DNA of 64,000 nucleotides from Felis catus (lineage: Eukaryota), in assembly GCF_018350175.1 (NCBI RefSeq), contig NC_058368.1, positions 114,702,001 to 114,766,000 on the forward strand. The letters are read 5' to 3'. The translations under genes were made by a program, and so were the position numbers. The notes under the pieces were generated by a model. It made no database searches. It was given only the letters and a program-made list of their open reading frames with translations, and was not told the DNA's origin. This document shows positions 1 to 14,153 of this stretch, in pieces (the stretch's first letter is position 1; each line of letters starts with the position of its first letter).

Positions 1-332
1 TAATTTAGTCTACGTTCATCTCTTCTCAAGAAATTAAAAACATTCTAATTTTTGACTTTTTTTTTACCTAAGTAAAAATAAAAGTATCTAAAATTCATGG
101 CTTTGAGAACATCACACATGTCATTTAGGTGAATGTTCTATTAACCAACAATTTTCACTTGGGGAAGGTATTCAAACACATTTAATATACTTTACTCGAT
201 TCAAATCATATTCATAGCCTGTCCAAATTATTTGTCTGTAAGGTTAAAAAAAAAAACCTATTCAACAATCTCACAAAATTACTTTTAATTCAACATAATG
301 TGAAGAATTTTATAGAGATTTATTAAAAGAAG

Positions 333-1060
333 GGTTATATGGTATAAGAAATGTATGTGGTTTTCGTCCACAGCTTTTGACAAAGATTCTGAAACCCTTA
401 GAATTTCCTAGGTTATGGAAGGTTTTTGTTACTCACAAGGAGTCTCTAAAGAGCACACCAGACTTATTAATGAAGTGACTAAGGGTGGGTCTCAGAATGG
501 GGTGGGGGTCACCAGAAAGGCCAGGTAACTACCTGAGGGTTAGAACTTTCAGCTCCATCCAAAGACCTCTGGGTAAGGTTTGGGGCATGGAAGGAGGGAC
601 AATCTGCAGATTAAGTTTTATAACGTCTTGAACAAGATTTAGTGAACTTCTGGGTTGGTTAACCTAGGATGTATGCCCCAGTTCCACAGGGACAGAAGCT
701 CCTATACTCAGATGCTTCTGGACCTAACCCTAAGTACTCTTCATTTGTATCCTTTATAATATATCAGTAAATCTAAGTAGAGTATTTCCCTAAGTTCGGC
801 GGGCCATTCTAGCAAATCATTAAGCCCCCAATTTAAAGCCTGTAGGTCAGAAGTAGGGGAAGCCCAGACTTACCACAAATGGGGGCAGTCTTATGGGACT
901 GAACACTTTACCTTAGGGGATCAGATGATAAGTTTATGTAATACTAGAATTAAACTTTAGGACACTCAGCTGTTATCCTCTAAGACTGGAAAAATGCTTG
1001 TTGTGGGACCCTCTTCCCAATTTGGTTTCAAAGAAGCTATATTTTGGGAAAGAAAAGACA
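333..1060 (+). mobile_element. MER21-like (ERVL) solo LTR in ETF1 intron 2
   Basis: MER21-type motifs (GAAACCCTTAGAATTTCCT, GGGACAGAAGCTCCT, GGGGGCAGTCTTATGGGACTGA) shared with the element at 57168-58017. Confidence 0.7.
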
Positions 1061-4000
1061 GTGATGTATATAGCCAAATTATTTCTATTTTCTTCAAAGT
1101 CAAAATATCTACAAGTTGTTTTTTAATAAACAGGAAAATTTAAAAATGCCAAAGACCACTACAGAAGACCTAAAGTTTACAAACTGTGCAGATCTTCAAA
1201 CAAGGGTTATTTGAGCCTTCATTATTTCTGACATATACAAGGTTCCCTCATCAAAATAAGTGAAAAAGTATTCTGACACCTACAGATGCAATTTAGCCCA
1301 AACTAACCTCGTCTCTCACATGTACCATTGTCCTTAGCTATAACAGGCTCTGGCAATGATTTTATTACCTGAAAACTATAAAGCTTCCATCCTTATTTCT
1401 GGGGCTATTTCTTGACGGTTCAAAAAAACATTAGCAAGAAAAAAACAACCCACCCCCCAAAAATTTCCCACCTACCTTTCTTGTAACATTATATTCCACT
1501 TGCTTTAGTTCCTTACCCAGAATACCCACAACCACAGTTCCATTCACATGGCTCTAGTTCCAGTTTTGGCTTACATACACATTTGTCCCCATTAAGCCAA
1601 CAATGGAGAATCATAAACCAGGAAGAACTTCCACTAACATTAAATGGGACTATGTATACCAAAAAAAGTGGCATATTATTTAACACACACACAGAAACTA
1701 ACATTCAACTAAACTTAGATGATACTAAATAGGTCTGTTTCAGCTAACTTAAATTTAAGTTATATGACTAATACTTCTTTCAATTCAGAAAATTAAGTAC
1801 ATTGTGGGCTACAAAAAGACTCCTGGCCAAGTTCCCTATGTTAGTCATTTTGGCTCTTATAAATGCTCTTCCACAGATATGACAATATTAAAAGGCTGTT
1901 ATAGCTTAGATTACAATTTGAGTCAATCCAGCCTTATATTTTTTGAGAACATTTAATATATCCACTGCACTGTGTAACACACTAGTTCAAGCCCTGGGCT
2001 CTGCTACACTTCAGATACCAAGTTATTTAACCTCTCGGCCTCCATTGCCTTGGCTATCAAATGGTGTCAACACTTTCTGCCAGGATTAATGAAGTAGCGT
2101 ACTGCTTAACAGTGTCTAGAACATACTAACTACTCCATAAAGTATGTGCTTAGAAACTTCACTCTGTTCAGATGTACTTAATTAGTGAATCCATTTTGCA
2201 GCAGTTCCCTTTTAAAGCTAAATATGGGTAATATTATCAAAAGATAATCACAAATTGACTCAATTTCAAAATTACTCTTATCACACCATACTTTATAGCT
2301 GTTAAAAACAAACCAATCTGATTTTCATGCCCAGAATTCAACACTACTGGGAGAGGGAAAAATTTGTTTCAAAAACAATTCTATTATCCACCAGTAAATT
2401 TCACTATCTAGTGCTAATAACCATGCTTGAACATTTTCAGTTTTCTCCTTAAATCCACAGGCTGCCCAACACCAGTACGTATAGAATCATTTGGTTATTC
2501 AGTTTGTCTTTAAATGTCATTACACTTCTTAAAATATCTTAGTGTTAAGAAAACATTTCTCACTGTACATACACTAAGATAATCTGAGTCAGACTTTAAT
2601 ACAGTTCAGCCATGAACATGAAATCTTGCTATTCCTGAAAAGAAATTGGTATGTACTGGGAAACTTCTGAAGCAAGCTGAATACACTTGTTGACTCTTTA
2701 CTAATACCCAGAAGTAGCCAAGATTTACAATTTTCATGGGATCAAGATGCAATCAAATCCTGAATAAAAGCAAAGTAGGAAATGATTATCAACCACATAA
2801 TTTGTTTAAAGGAAGACTACTCCCAGCTATTTGAGAAAGCTTTAATTCTGATCTAAAATGTCCAAACTAACTTCATCACTAAAAAGTAGTCACTAAGAAC
2901 CTCATTTTTGGTGAGCTTTAAACTTTACTGAACTTTGCTAATAAAGGGATAAAGCCTTTAAAAGCTGTAAAGAGGAGCTTAAAGGTTTCAAGTGGCTAGG
3001 TAACATGTCAAGGGACAAATGTAAGAATTAACTTCCTTCATCAAGCCGTAGAAAGAAATGCTGTTATTACATGCAATGTTTTATTTTTAATGTTACTACA
3101 CTCAGACAATAAATTATAATCGTTAATTTATTTTAGACTTCCTAAGAGAATATAACGTATGCAGATTCTAATGTGTGAACCTGCCTCCAAATTAAAGTAG
3201 TAAGAGAACAAATCTACAGGTCATATCCAACTTTAAACACTGCATCAATGATGCATAAAAGCCATACTCAATTGAAAGTAACACAACAGAAGATCCCAGT
3301 GAAATGAAAGAAACTAGCTAGCTAATTCCTAGTAATGCATCAGACATAATGGGTCAGGACCTGTATTACCTCTCCTGTAATAATGTGCTCACACTTGGGG
3401 AATAATTATTCAATTTACCATATGGCACAGAACCATCTGGGTTCAAGTTCCTGTAAGATTATTATATAGGTCTGAGTATTTTATTAAGTTCAAAGAAACA
3501 AACTTAAATAAAAAATAAGCTGCCACCTTCAATTTCCATCAGAGAAAGAGTTAGCAAAAGCCCAAGTCACTGAACTGAGCCAAACTTTCAGAAGCTTCAT
3601 TTCAAGCAGAAATGTCACTAACTTAGTAAGAACAAGACACAATGGCAAAACCAATTATCAACCCTAGCTCTTTGGTGTAACTAAGTACACCTTATTTCAT
3701 AGAGTAACAATTAAAAGCTTAATTAATCCTATCATTGTAAGCCAACTAATCAAAGACAAACCTGGACTGGAAACCAGAATGCACAATTCTTGTGCTGAAA
3801 ACAAACCTTCAAAATGGCCTGGGGCAAGGCACTCTGCTATTCTAAGAATGCTCAAACATACAAATATGTCATGTTCCAAATGCCTTTTTGGGCCACTTCC
3901 TGTAACCAAAAAGTTCAAAAAGAACAAAATAAAGTGAGAAAAGGGGAGTACCTCTGACACAACTTCACCAAGTAATTCTTTGTTAACCTAAAAGGAGCAT

Positions 4001-4896
4001 ATACACCCAGTTTCAATATAACATTTCCATAGTGCACATCCACAAAATTTACAAAAGGAGACCCAAAGCCCATCTAATTCAGTTATAAATTTCAACAAGC
4101 ACTAGTACATCAGGAGCCTCTATCCCTGAAAGTTCCAGAGAGAGGAGAAAAACGACCCTGTTAACAGTTCACATCAACTGCCCCATAATCCGGATTTCTC
4201 CTGGATATACAGACCCAGGCAACCAAAATGTCCCTTCTATCCGACCCCGCATATGTTGGCATTTTCAATTTATAGGCGGATACTTTAACAGCTAAAACCA
4301 GGAAGCTCCGGGGGTAATTAGAGGACTTGGGGGAAGTCATCTGGGAAGAGCTGGAAGACCCAGAGATATCAGAGGAAGTCAGAAAGAGGTTGTCCCTGAC
4401 CACGTCTCCGTCCTGTCCTATCCAAACTTCACCCACTCGGATCTCAGAAAAACAGGAGGGAGAGGCCATTTTAATAAGGTATGGCTGAGAAACATGAAGG
4501 AAGAAGAGAGGAAATCAGGGAAGAGCGTTCGGAAAGGAAGGCCGAGCCCTTTCTCCCCAAGTACCCGAGAAGGGTGGCAGCACCTGGAGTCGAAGAGGAA
4601 AGTGTTGGATTCAAATGCCTGGGAGAGATTCAAAAGTAGCAATGACCTCTCACGTAAGGGGTTAAGTGGTCCGAGACCCGGGAGCCGGGCCCCTTATGCC
4701 CCGAAGCAGGGGAAGGATCCCTTCTCGGGCCAACCGCGCAGACCCTCGCCCCTGGGTCGGGGGCTACTACCCAGAGATCCAGAAGGCGGGAGTTGACTAG
4801 TGCCTGGTTCTCCTCATCCGGCCATGCGGCGCGGGGGCGGCCATCCTGAGGGGTCCGGGAACCAAGAGGGCACGGGGGGGCCGGACGCGGCGCTCA

Positions 4897-5001
<105 letters not shown>

Positions 5002-5161
5002 CTAGAGCGGCCCGGCGGGGCCCGGAGACACCAAGACCACAGAGTTAGCGCCGCCGCTGGGGCAGAGCGGCCCCCTTCCTTGCCACCCCCGAGAGGCCCT
5101 CTTCTTCCTGCCCCGCGCAGCCCGCCGCGGCGGTCGCTGGCTTTTCCCTCCCTCGGCTTAC

Positions 5162-5310
5162 CTAAGGGCCCAGTCCTGGGCGGCGCGGCTGCTCCTCCCC
5201 GGCGGCGGCTCCGCGGCGGCGGCTCTGACGTAGGACACCGGCTCCCTCTCTCCAGGCAGCTGCATGTGTTGCAATCCGCTCACATGGGGCCTGTGACATC
5301 ACTTCCTCCG
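5162..5310 (-). other. ETF1: ETF1 non-coding exon 1 (5' UTR); TSS approximate
   Basis: TAG|GTAAG donor at 5161; GC-rich leader inside the CpG island. Confidence 0.8.
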
Positions 5311-7791
5311 CCAGAGGCTAAGTGGAAGTCGGCGGGCGGAAGGGAGGGGGCCGGTGCGGAAGAGGGGAAGCTCTGCGCGCGTCGCGACTTTCCATTGGTC
5401 CTCCGCGCCGCGGCCTACAATGAGTCCTCTGATTGGTCACGGCTGGGTTCGCGCTGCCTTGTGAGGTAGGTCCCGGGGCGGGGAAGCGGCGCCTTCCTTC
5501 CGGTCCCGCTAGCCGGGTGGAGGAAGCGGGCGGAAGCCGGTGATTCTCGCGAGGATTTACTCAGCTCCCGACCAGCCTTGATTGGGGGTGATTTTTAAAG
5601 GGCGAGGCGCAAGGGTCGTCGTCTTTTCAGTCCTTCCTTCGTGATTCTGGTGGGCGTCTGAAGGTCTGCGACGCGCGGCCAACCGCTTAGGCTGGGACGC
5701 ATGACTTGAATTGCGTCTGAGAAGTCTGAAAGAAACGCCTTAGGCTTCGTGGCTTCATAGCTGACGAAGTGCTTCTGCCGACGTGCGTCACTGCTGCGCG
5801 GACTAGTGTTCAGGCTCCCAGCCCGGGTGTCCGGATTAGGAAACTTTCCCCGGGTCGACCGTGTCCCCGCCACCCGCAGGGGCAGGGAGCAGGTTCCAGC
5901 TCGTCTCAGTGCTAGGATGGGTTCATTTTGGACGTGGAACTTTATGGTGATGGGAGGAGAAAGCCGGGGTTGCGGGAGGTTGGAAACCTTTAAGTATTTG
6001 ATTTTGGTCTGAGCTTTTGAGAAAGGAGGTGGGGAGCGTTGAAGCAAAATGGGCAACTGTATAAGTTAGAACTTTATTTTTTTTTTTAATTGAGATTTTT
6101 AGTTGACTATGTCCCTCTTCACCTCAGTGGATTTATTCATATATTTAGGCCCGAGCTGTGTGCCAGATCCAGTTTACCTGAGGATGCTGAAGTGATCCGG
6201 ATAGAATAGTGCCTACCTTCGTGAAGCTTTTAGTTTCGTTGGGTTTATAACCATTTGTGATTGTACACTTTTGTATAATAATTGTATAAATAACGTAGGT
6301 ACCTCAGAATGCTGTGAGAGTGTAATAAAAGCGTGTAAAAAAAGAGCCTAATGTAGGAATGAACCCCAAAGAATGAGGAGTTTGTCGGGAGGGAGCATAA
6401 CACTTTCGAGTGACTGCATAAAAGCCAATGTGCTGGAGCAAGGTCAGGAATGGGGAAAGTGGCTTGAGACAGAGGGCAGATCATTTAGAGCCTTGAAAAC
6501 CAGGTTTAGGAGTTTGACCTCTTTCTCTAGAGAACAGTGGGCAGCTTACAGGGTTTAGATGGGAAATGACATGAAAGTACAGTTAGGTTTTTAAGAATAT
6601 GGTTCTGTTTGTATTTGAGACAGCTGAAGTGGAAGCCTAGGGATCATTTTGGCTGCTCCAGTCATTCATGTGAGAGATAATTGTGGTTTAAACTAGGGTG
6701 ATGACAGTGCAGGTAAAAGTGAATGATATATGGGGGTCAGAATGGATAGGACTGGGAGATGAATTGGATGTGGAGAAAGCAAGAATGCTTCTAGAGTATG
6801 GAAACTGAGACAGGAAAGATGAGGAACAGGTTTTGGGGGATGATTGAAAATTTCCTCTTGGGCCTATTAAATTTGAGATTGCTTATGAGACTTGCAAGAG
6901 GTGATGTTACTCAGGCAGTTGAATTTGTGTCAGCTTTGAATCCTTTTTGCATGTTATCTCAACTTTGCCCACACCTTTTGAGAGTGGGAAACTGAACCAA
7001 AGAAAGGTGAAAGGGGCTTGCTCAGAATTACACAGCTAGTGTGTGGCTTCCAGAGTCCATGTTCAGTGTCCAGTGCAGTTTGTTATACAGCAATCCCATG
7101 AGCTCTGTTTCCATAGCATGAGGACACATTTTCTACAGGACAGGTCTCTCTCCCAGCAAATTTTTAGTTCCCAGGGTGTTTTTTTGTACCATTTTGTAAT
7201 TGGCCGCATATGTTCACTCATTACATAATACTGTACTTCCGTGTGCCATTCACTGTGTTTAGTAATGGATCTTCTTAAATAGTCATAAACACTGCTACGG
7301 ATGAGGTGTGTACCAGGTCCCAAGCTTTTCCCCACTTCATTCCTCTTGCCCCAATCTCTACTTTCTTCACTTGGTTGCCTTGATGGACCTGACTTCATTT
7401 TTATGTTTATAGTCTTGCTACAGGTCCATGTTTCATGACTTTACAGGCTTTCTAGACCACCTCACAGGCTTGCTTTTCTGTGTGATTCATCCTGAAATAA
7501 ATTGGTAACCTCTCAGAATTGCTATTTGTCAGCCTTTGAATCCTTCAGACTTGTGGTTATTGAGATGTGTAACTTGTTTCTTAGAATATTCTAGTCCCAG
7601 GCAGTTTAACTATAGCTCCCAAAGCTTACTAGCTTAGTTGCTGTAAATTCACGATCTCTGCATTTAGAATTAAAAATATGTGTCTTAGAAGCAAATCCTG
7701 GCATTGATCTCTAGCAGAAAAGATTTGAGAATAGAACAGATTTGAGAATGGAATAGAATGCTATTATCTTCAGCAAAGAAGTGGCTTTAAA

Positions 7792-7979
7792 ATTTTTTTT
7801 TAAGTTTATTTATTTATTTTGAGAGAGAGAATGAGCAGGGGAAGGGCAGAGAGAGAGGAGGACAGAGGATTCAAAGCAGGCTCCGTCCTGACAGCAGAGA
7901 GCCGATGTGAGGCTTTAATCATGAGATCATGACCTGAGCCGAAGTTGGAAGCTTAACCGACTGAGCCAGCCAGGCACCC
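7792..7979 (-). mobile_element. CanSINE
   Basis: Reverse tRNA-derived head, (GA)n and T-rich tail. Confidence 0.85.
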
Positions 7980-8678
7980 TGAGAGGAAGCTTTTTAAATG
8001 CAGCCATGACCATCAGTGTTCAGGAAGAAACTCCTGCGATTAGAAGATACAGATTTTTTCAAAATATAAACTTTCTAGGCACAGGTTGTCCTTTTCTGAA
8101 AAATGAAGGATTTGTACTTGACCTCAGACTACTTCTCCAGATCTAATGTTAGATAATAAAGCTAAATATTGGGGTATAGATGACATTTCTAGTTAATGGG
8201 TAGAGGTAGGGGAGGGAAGGAGAGAGATGGATTGTTTTGATGTTGAAAACACCAATAGCAACTTGACAGCACAGTGGTGTTAGGTATGTAATGAGGTAGT
8301 TGGTTGCTAAGATGGAGGCCAGTGGAGCCTGACTTGTGGCTTGATTTCTCCTTAGATCTTGCCCTGAGCAGAAACCAAGAGGCTTAAGCTTAACTGATCC
8401 ATCCACATGCCCCATGGAGGCCAGTTTTAAGAGTAGCCAAGGTAAAGAAAGCAGGGAAGGAATGGCTGTGGAAAGATACTAAGGGCTGTATCCTTCCTTA
8501 AGAGTTAGTAGGGTTGTTAAAGGAAAACCCTCTGTAGCTAGGTAGCTTTAGGGTTGAACCCTGAGTTTGCTCCTTACCTTGGGCAAGTCATTTAAATCTT
8601 GCAGAATATGTTTTTTATGTATAAAATGGGGATACTGCCTGTTTTGTAGGTCTATTGTTGGTTTAAATAATTAGTGCC

Positions 8679-8890
8679 GAGGCGCCTGGGTGGCTCAGTC
8701 GGTTAAGCGTCCGACTTCAGCTCAGGTCATGATCTCACGTTCCTTGAGTTCGAGCCCCGCGTGGGACTCCGGGCTGGTGGCTCAGAGCCTGGAGCCTGCT
8801 TCCGGTTCTGTGTCTCCCTCTCTCTCTGCCCCTCCCCCGTTCATGCTCTGTCTCTCTCTCTCTCAAAAATAAACGTTTAAAAAAAAAAAA
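8679..8890 (+). mobile_element. CanSINE (felid SINEC_Fc-type)
   Basis: GGCGCCTGGGTGGCTCAGTCGGTTAAGCG head, (CT)n, poly-A, TSD AATTAGTGC. Confidence 0.92.
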
Positions 8891-9409
8891 TTAGTGCAAA
8901 GTGCCTAGTACCATTTACAGTGCCCGTGTCAACAATGAATGTTGATTCTCTTTTAGTTTCTCCTAATTTGTTCTGTCCTCTTCCATTGTTTTCACTATCC
9001 ATCTGTTGACCTGTTAGACTACTTCCGGCAGAAAATAAAGTTGAGAGCCTAAAGGTAGAGCATGTCCAAATTACAATTCTTAAGGGACTTTTTTTTTCTC
9101 CTGCTGGAAAGAGGGAGACAGTAAAATGGCCTGTGGGATCTTTCCCCGTTTCAGTGGCTGGTGTGTTAATAATTGTTAGAAATTTGGAACTTTGCACAGT
9201 TGGGAGTTTAAAGTATTGGATGTTTATATGGGGAAGGTTGTGTGGGTGCCAAGGTTGTGTGTGTGTGTGTGTTGGTTTAGGGCCTAGAAATTGGGCCTTG
9301 GGCTGGTCGACATCTGATAGTCATTGGATAATGCCTCCCTTTCCAGTCAGTGTGGACATGAGATCACAAGTATGTTGTTCCTTTGTAGCAAGATTTTTAT
9401 ATGATGTGT

Positions 9410-9726
9410 TTTTATTTTATTAAAATTTTTTTTTCTTTAATGTTTCTTTTTGAGAGAGAAAGAGAGAGAGACAGACAGACAGTGTGAGCAGGGGAGGGGT
9501 GGAGAGAGAGGGAGACACAATTCAAAGCAGGCCCCAGGCTGTAAGCTGTCAGGACACAACCGGACTCAGAGCTGGAACTCGGAGAGAGAGGGAGACACAA
9601 TTCAAAGCAGGCCCCAGGCTGTAAGCTGTCAGGACACAACCCGACTCAGAGCTGGAACTCATGACTGTAAGATCGTGACCTGAGCGGAAGTCGGATGCCT
9701 AGCTGACTGAGCCGCCCAGGTGCCCC
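9410..9726 (-). mobile_element. CanSINE with internal 80-bp tandem duplication
   Basis: SINE body; 9501-9580 repeated at 9581-9660. Confidence 0.9.
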
Positions 9727-9764
9727 TGATTTGTTCTTACTTTAAATGGAAACTATTCAAGTTA

Positions 9765-9781
9765 ATTTTTTCTTTCCTTTT

Positions 9782-9838
<57 letters not shown>

Positions 9839-10085
9839 CTTTCTTTCTTTTTTCTTTCTTTTTATTTCCTTCCTTCCTTCCTTCCTTCCTTCCTTCCTTC
9901 CTTCCTTCCTTCCTTCCTTCCTTCCTTCCTTCCTTCCTTCCTTCTTTCCTTCCTTCCTTAAGGAGAGAGACTCCCAAGCAGGCTTTGTGCTCTCAGCACA
10001 GAGCCTCATGCGGGGGTCGACCTCACAAACTGTTGAGATGAAGACTTGTAAACACAAAAACCGACTGAGCCACCCAGGTGCCCCC
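9765..10085 (-). mobile_element. CanSINE with tail expanded into (TTTC)n(TTCC)n microsatellite
   Basis: SINE body 9960-10085; compound tetranucleotide repeat ~9784-9958. Confidence 0.88.
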
Positions 10086-10675
10086 AGATTTTCTTTTTCT
10101 TAAAAAAAGGGAAAAAAACCTATTTCTATGCCTAAAAAAAACAATTAAAAATAGTTAAAAATAATCTCTGGGTTAGGCTGTCTTTGAAGTGCTTACAACT
10201 GCATGTCGGTGAACATCAGTAAAGGAATATCTACTCTGTCCTCAAGTTCTTGGATGTACTTAAGCATAATGAGTTTGAGGAATGCAGTTCTACCCATTCC
10301 ATTCTTAAATGAATGAAGAAATCTTACAGTAAGTAAAAACCAGTGAAGAAAACCTAAGCCATAGTGGTGTAATATGAAACTCTTAAGATTTGTGTAAATT
10401 GATAAAAGACACAGTTGTTTAACTGTGGAGTACACTGTGTGAAAGTGGCTTGAAATGGTCAAATGCAAAGTATCATTTACTCCCCTGTGGATACAGGGGG
10501 TGCAATGTAACCTAGTGAGAGTGGGGGACTACAACTAAGGAATGACAGTTTTTTTCTATAAATGACCAAACATCTGTACATGAATTTGTAGTTTTGTTAA
10601 ATTAAGCAGGCATTTACCATTATATTCTTTACCTTACAATGATTTTCAGCCTTAAGAAAAAAAAATGCACATACA

Positions 10676-11085
10676 GGGTGCCTGGGTGGCTCAGTTAAGT
10701 GTCCAACTTCGGCTCAGGTCATGATCTCACGGTTCATGAGTTTGAGCCCTGCATCAGGCTCTCTGCTGTCAGCACGGAGCCTGCTTCAGATCCTGTCCTC
10801 CTGTTTCTGCCCCTCTACTGCTTGCATTCTGTCTCTCAAAAATAAGCATTAAAGGGGCGCCTGGGTGGCTCAGTCAGTTAAGCGTCCGACTTCGGCTCAG
10901 GTCATGATCTCACAGTCCATGGGTTCGAGCCCTGCATCGGGCTCTGTACTGACAGCTCAGAGCCTGGAGCCTGCTTCAGGTTCTGTGTCTCCCTCTCTCT
11001 CTCTCCCTCCCTTGCTCATGCTCTGTCTCTCTCTGTCTCAAAAATAAAAACATTAAAAAAAATTTTTTTAAAGCATTAAAAAAAT
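10676..11085 (+). mobile_element. Two CanSINEs, the second inserted in the tail of the first
   Basis: Heads at ~10676 and ~10854; AAGCATTAAA flanks the second copy on both sides. Confidence 0.88.
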
Positions 11086-11634
11086 TCAAGAGAATTCTTT
11101 CTCATTCTATTCTAGAATTTTTATTTTTTTATTTTTTAGAATCCCTTTTCCAAAGAACACTCACTAGCTGAAGTAGGTCTTCCGGTAACATGAAAGAATA
11201 GTTAGGAAGGTGAGATTGAACAATGCTCTTGGATCATTTGGGGAAAGGTAAGTGCTTAATATTTCCAGTGGTGCCTTTTTTTTTTTTTTTTTTTTTTGAC
11301 TCAATAGACACTTGTAGAATAGTGAGACAGATGACAATCTTTTAGTTCAATTCCATAAATACTTACTGGATACCAATTTTCTCACACCAGGCTATGTGCT
11401 GAACAAGTTTAGATATAGTGTAGTCCTTACATTTGCAGTCTTTTTAAGGGGGAAAAAACCCCAAAGAAATGTTAAATATATAACAGTATAAAAAGTTGCT
11501 GTTCACAGGATAGGCAGAAATGAACAAGAATAGATTTGAACACACTTTTATATGAGTAAGAAAGGAAATTAAAGACTACTGGGTCCTTTTTTTTTTTTTT
11601 CCTTGTATGAGTACTTGTAACATCCTGGTAGACT

Positions 11635-12982
11635 TTTCTTTATTGAGGTGTAATTGACATATTTTCATATGTACAACATAATGATTCAATATTTCTATAT
11701 ATTGTGAAATGATCACAGTAAGTTAACATCTGTCACCATAGTGAGTAGTTACCATTTTTTTTCTTGTGATGAGAACTTTAACATTGCTTTATGGCAACTT
11801 TCAAATATGCTATATAGCATTAACTATAGTCACCATGCTGTACATTTCATCCCCAAGACTTATTTTATAATTGGAAGCTTGTAACTTTTGACCTCTAACA
11901 CTTATGTCAGCCATTCCCTCTTCTCATCCCCCCTCATTTCTCACCTCTGCCTCTAGCAACCAACAATCTGTTGTTTATATGTATGAGCTTGGGATTTTGT
12001 TTTTATGATTCCACATGTAAGTGAGATCATACAGTATTTGCTTTTCTCTTATTTGACTTAGCATAATGCCCTTGGGAACTATCCATGTTATCACAGATGG
12101 CAAGATTTCATTCTTTTTTATGGGTATATTTTATTGTATATATGTGTGTATCTTTGTGTGCATACTCGTGCATCACTTATATTTATTCATCCATCTTGAC
12201 ACTTAGATTGTTTCCATAGCTTAGCTATTGTTAATAATGCTGCAGTGAACACAGGGATGCACGTTTTCTTTTGAATTGTTTTCATTTTCTTTGGATAGAT
12301 ACCCAGAAGTGGAATTGCTAGATTGTATGGTAGTTTTGTTTTTAATTCTTTGAGGAACCTCCATACTGAAGTAGCTGCACCAACGTACATTCCTACCAAC
12401 AACGTACAAAGGTTCCCATTTCTCCACATCCTTGCGAACACTTGTTTTTTTTGTCCTTTTGATAATAGCCTTTCTGACAGGTATGAGATAATATCCCATT
12501 GTTTTTGACTTGCATTTCCCTGATAATTAGTGGTGTTGAACACCTTTTCATGTACCTGTTGGCCATCTGTCATTGGAAAAATGTTCAGATTCTCTGCCCT
12601 TTTTGGATTTTTTTTTAAACTATTCAGCTGTATGAGTTTTTAATATATTTTGAATATTAATCCCTTCTCAGGTAGGTTGCCTTTTCATTTTGTTAACTTC
12701 CTTTACTATGCATAAGCTTTTTGGTTTGATGTAGTCCCACTTGTTTTGTTTTGCTTTTGTTGACTTTGTTTTTGGTGTCAAAACCAAAAATCATCACCAA
12801 GACCAATGTCAAGGAGCTTACCACTTGTATTTTCTTCTAGGTGTTTATGGTTTCCAGTCTTACATGCAAGTTTTTAATGCATTTGTGTTGATTTTTGTGT
12901 AAGGTGTAAGATAGTGGTACAGTTTGTCTTTTGCATGTGGCTGTCCAGTTTTCCCAACACCATTTATTAAAGAGACTATTCT
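11635..12982 (-). mobile_element. 5'-truncated LINE-1 (ORF2 C-terminus and 3' UTR), decayed
   Basis: ORF2-like peptides SLFNKWCWENWTATCKR and LPYNLAIPLLGIYPK...FTAALLTIAKLWKQSKC, with frameshifts. Confidence 0.92.
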
Positions 12983-13152
12983 TGACTATGAGGGTCTTGT
13001 CAAAAGAATTTAAGAGCCAATAGGAAGAGTTTCCACAGGCCAAAAATAGAACAATTTGAGCATCATTAAGAACTACAATGAATTGAAACACAGAAGTTAA
13101 AAATATTAAAACACGCACGTGCACACACACACACAAATCCATGAGCTCACAC

Positions 13153-14153
13153 TGGGTGCCTGGGTGTCTAGGTCGATTGAGCATCTGTCTCGGTTTTGGC
13201 TCAGGTCAAGATCTCACGATTTCATGAGTTTGAGCCCTGCACTGGGCTCTGTGCTGAGCGTGCTGAACCTGCTTGGGATTCTCTCTCTTCTCCTCCCCCA
13301 CTCACACTGTCTCTGTCTCTCTCAATAAATAAAAAAAAATATTAAAAATCTGTGAGCTCACAGTGACCCCTAAGAAACCTCATTGGTTTAACCTTTAATA
13401 TTACAAAACCAACTCATTATAAAAGCAGTACATGAAGAATCCTTTTCTGTATGAACTGTACCTCAGGATAACTAGGTACTTATGAGGGGAAGTTTTTCTC
13501 TACAGAGGTATTCCAAGTAAAAAGTGAAGAAAAGACAAGTAGTAATGAAATTAGAGATGTAGGCAATTATCATTAGCGACTGCTAACATCACAAATGAGC
13601 CAAGTAGAATTATGTACCATCGGATGGATGTATATACCAACTGCTCTCATCAAGAAACTGAACTTGGGGGCATCTGGGTGGCTCAGTTAAGCATTCGATT
13701 CTTGATTTCAGCTCATCACAATCTCATGGTTTGTGAATTTGATCCCCATGTCGGGCTCTGCTGTAGACAGTGCAGGGCCTGTTTGGGATTCTCTCTGCCC
13801 ATCCCCTTCTTATGCATGCCCAAGTGCTCACTCTCTCAACCCTTTTTTTTTTAAATTTATTTTAGAGTGAGAGAGCTGGGGAGGGGCATAGAGGGGGACA
13901 GAGTATTCAAAGTGGGCTCCACGATGATAGCAGCAAGACCATGATCTGAGCTTAAGTTGAATGTTGAACCCACAGAGCCACCCAGTTGCCCCAAATAAAG
14001 TTGTTTTTTTTTTTTTTTTAAGTAAAATCTTAAAAACAAGTGGGAAAATTTGGACATCTGTTTGCTATTAAGGAAATGCTCACTTTTAAAAGTTTGAGAG
14101 AGAATATGCAGGGGGAGGGGCATATTCAGATGTTTAACCGACTGAGGCACCCC
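13153..14153. mobile_element. Cluster of CanSINEs (+13153-13350, +13666-13840, -13845-13992, fragment ~14090-14153)
   Basis: Repeated tRNA-derived heads and (CT)n/A tails. Confidence 0.8.

Noticed and set aside
8679..8760. tRNA-like A/B-box sequences
   Set aside because: Heads of tRNA-derived SINEs followed by SINE body and poly-A; not tRNA genes
9720..10103. Low-complexity ORFs (FLPS/KEGR repeats)
   Set aside because: Microsatellite artefacts
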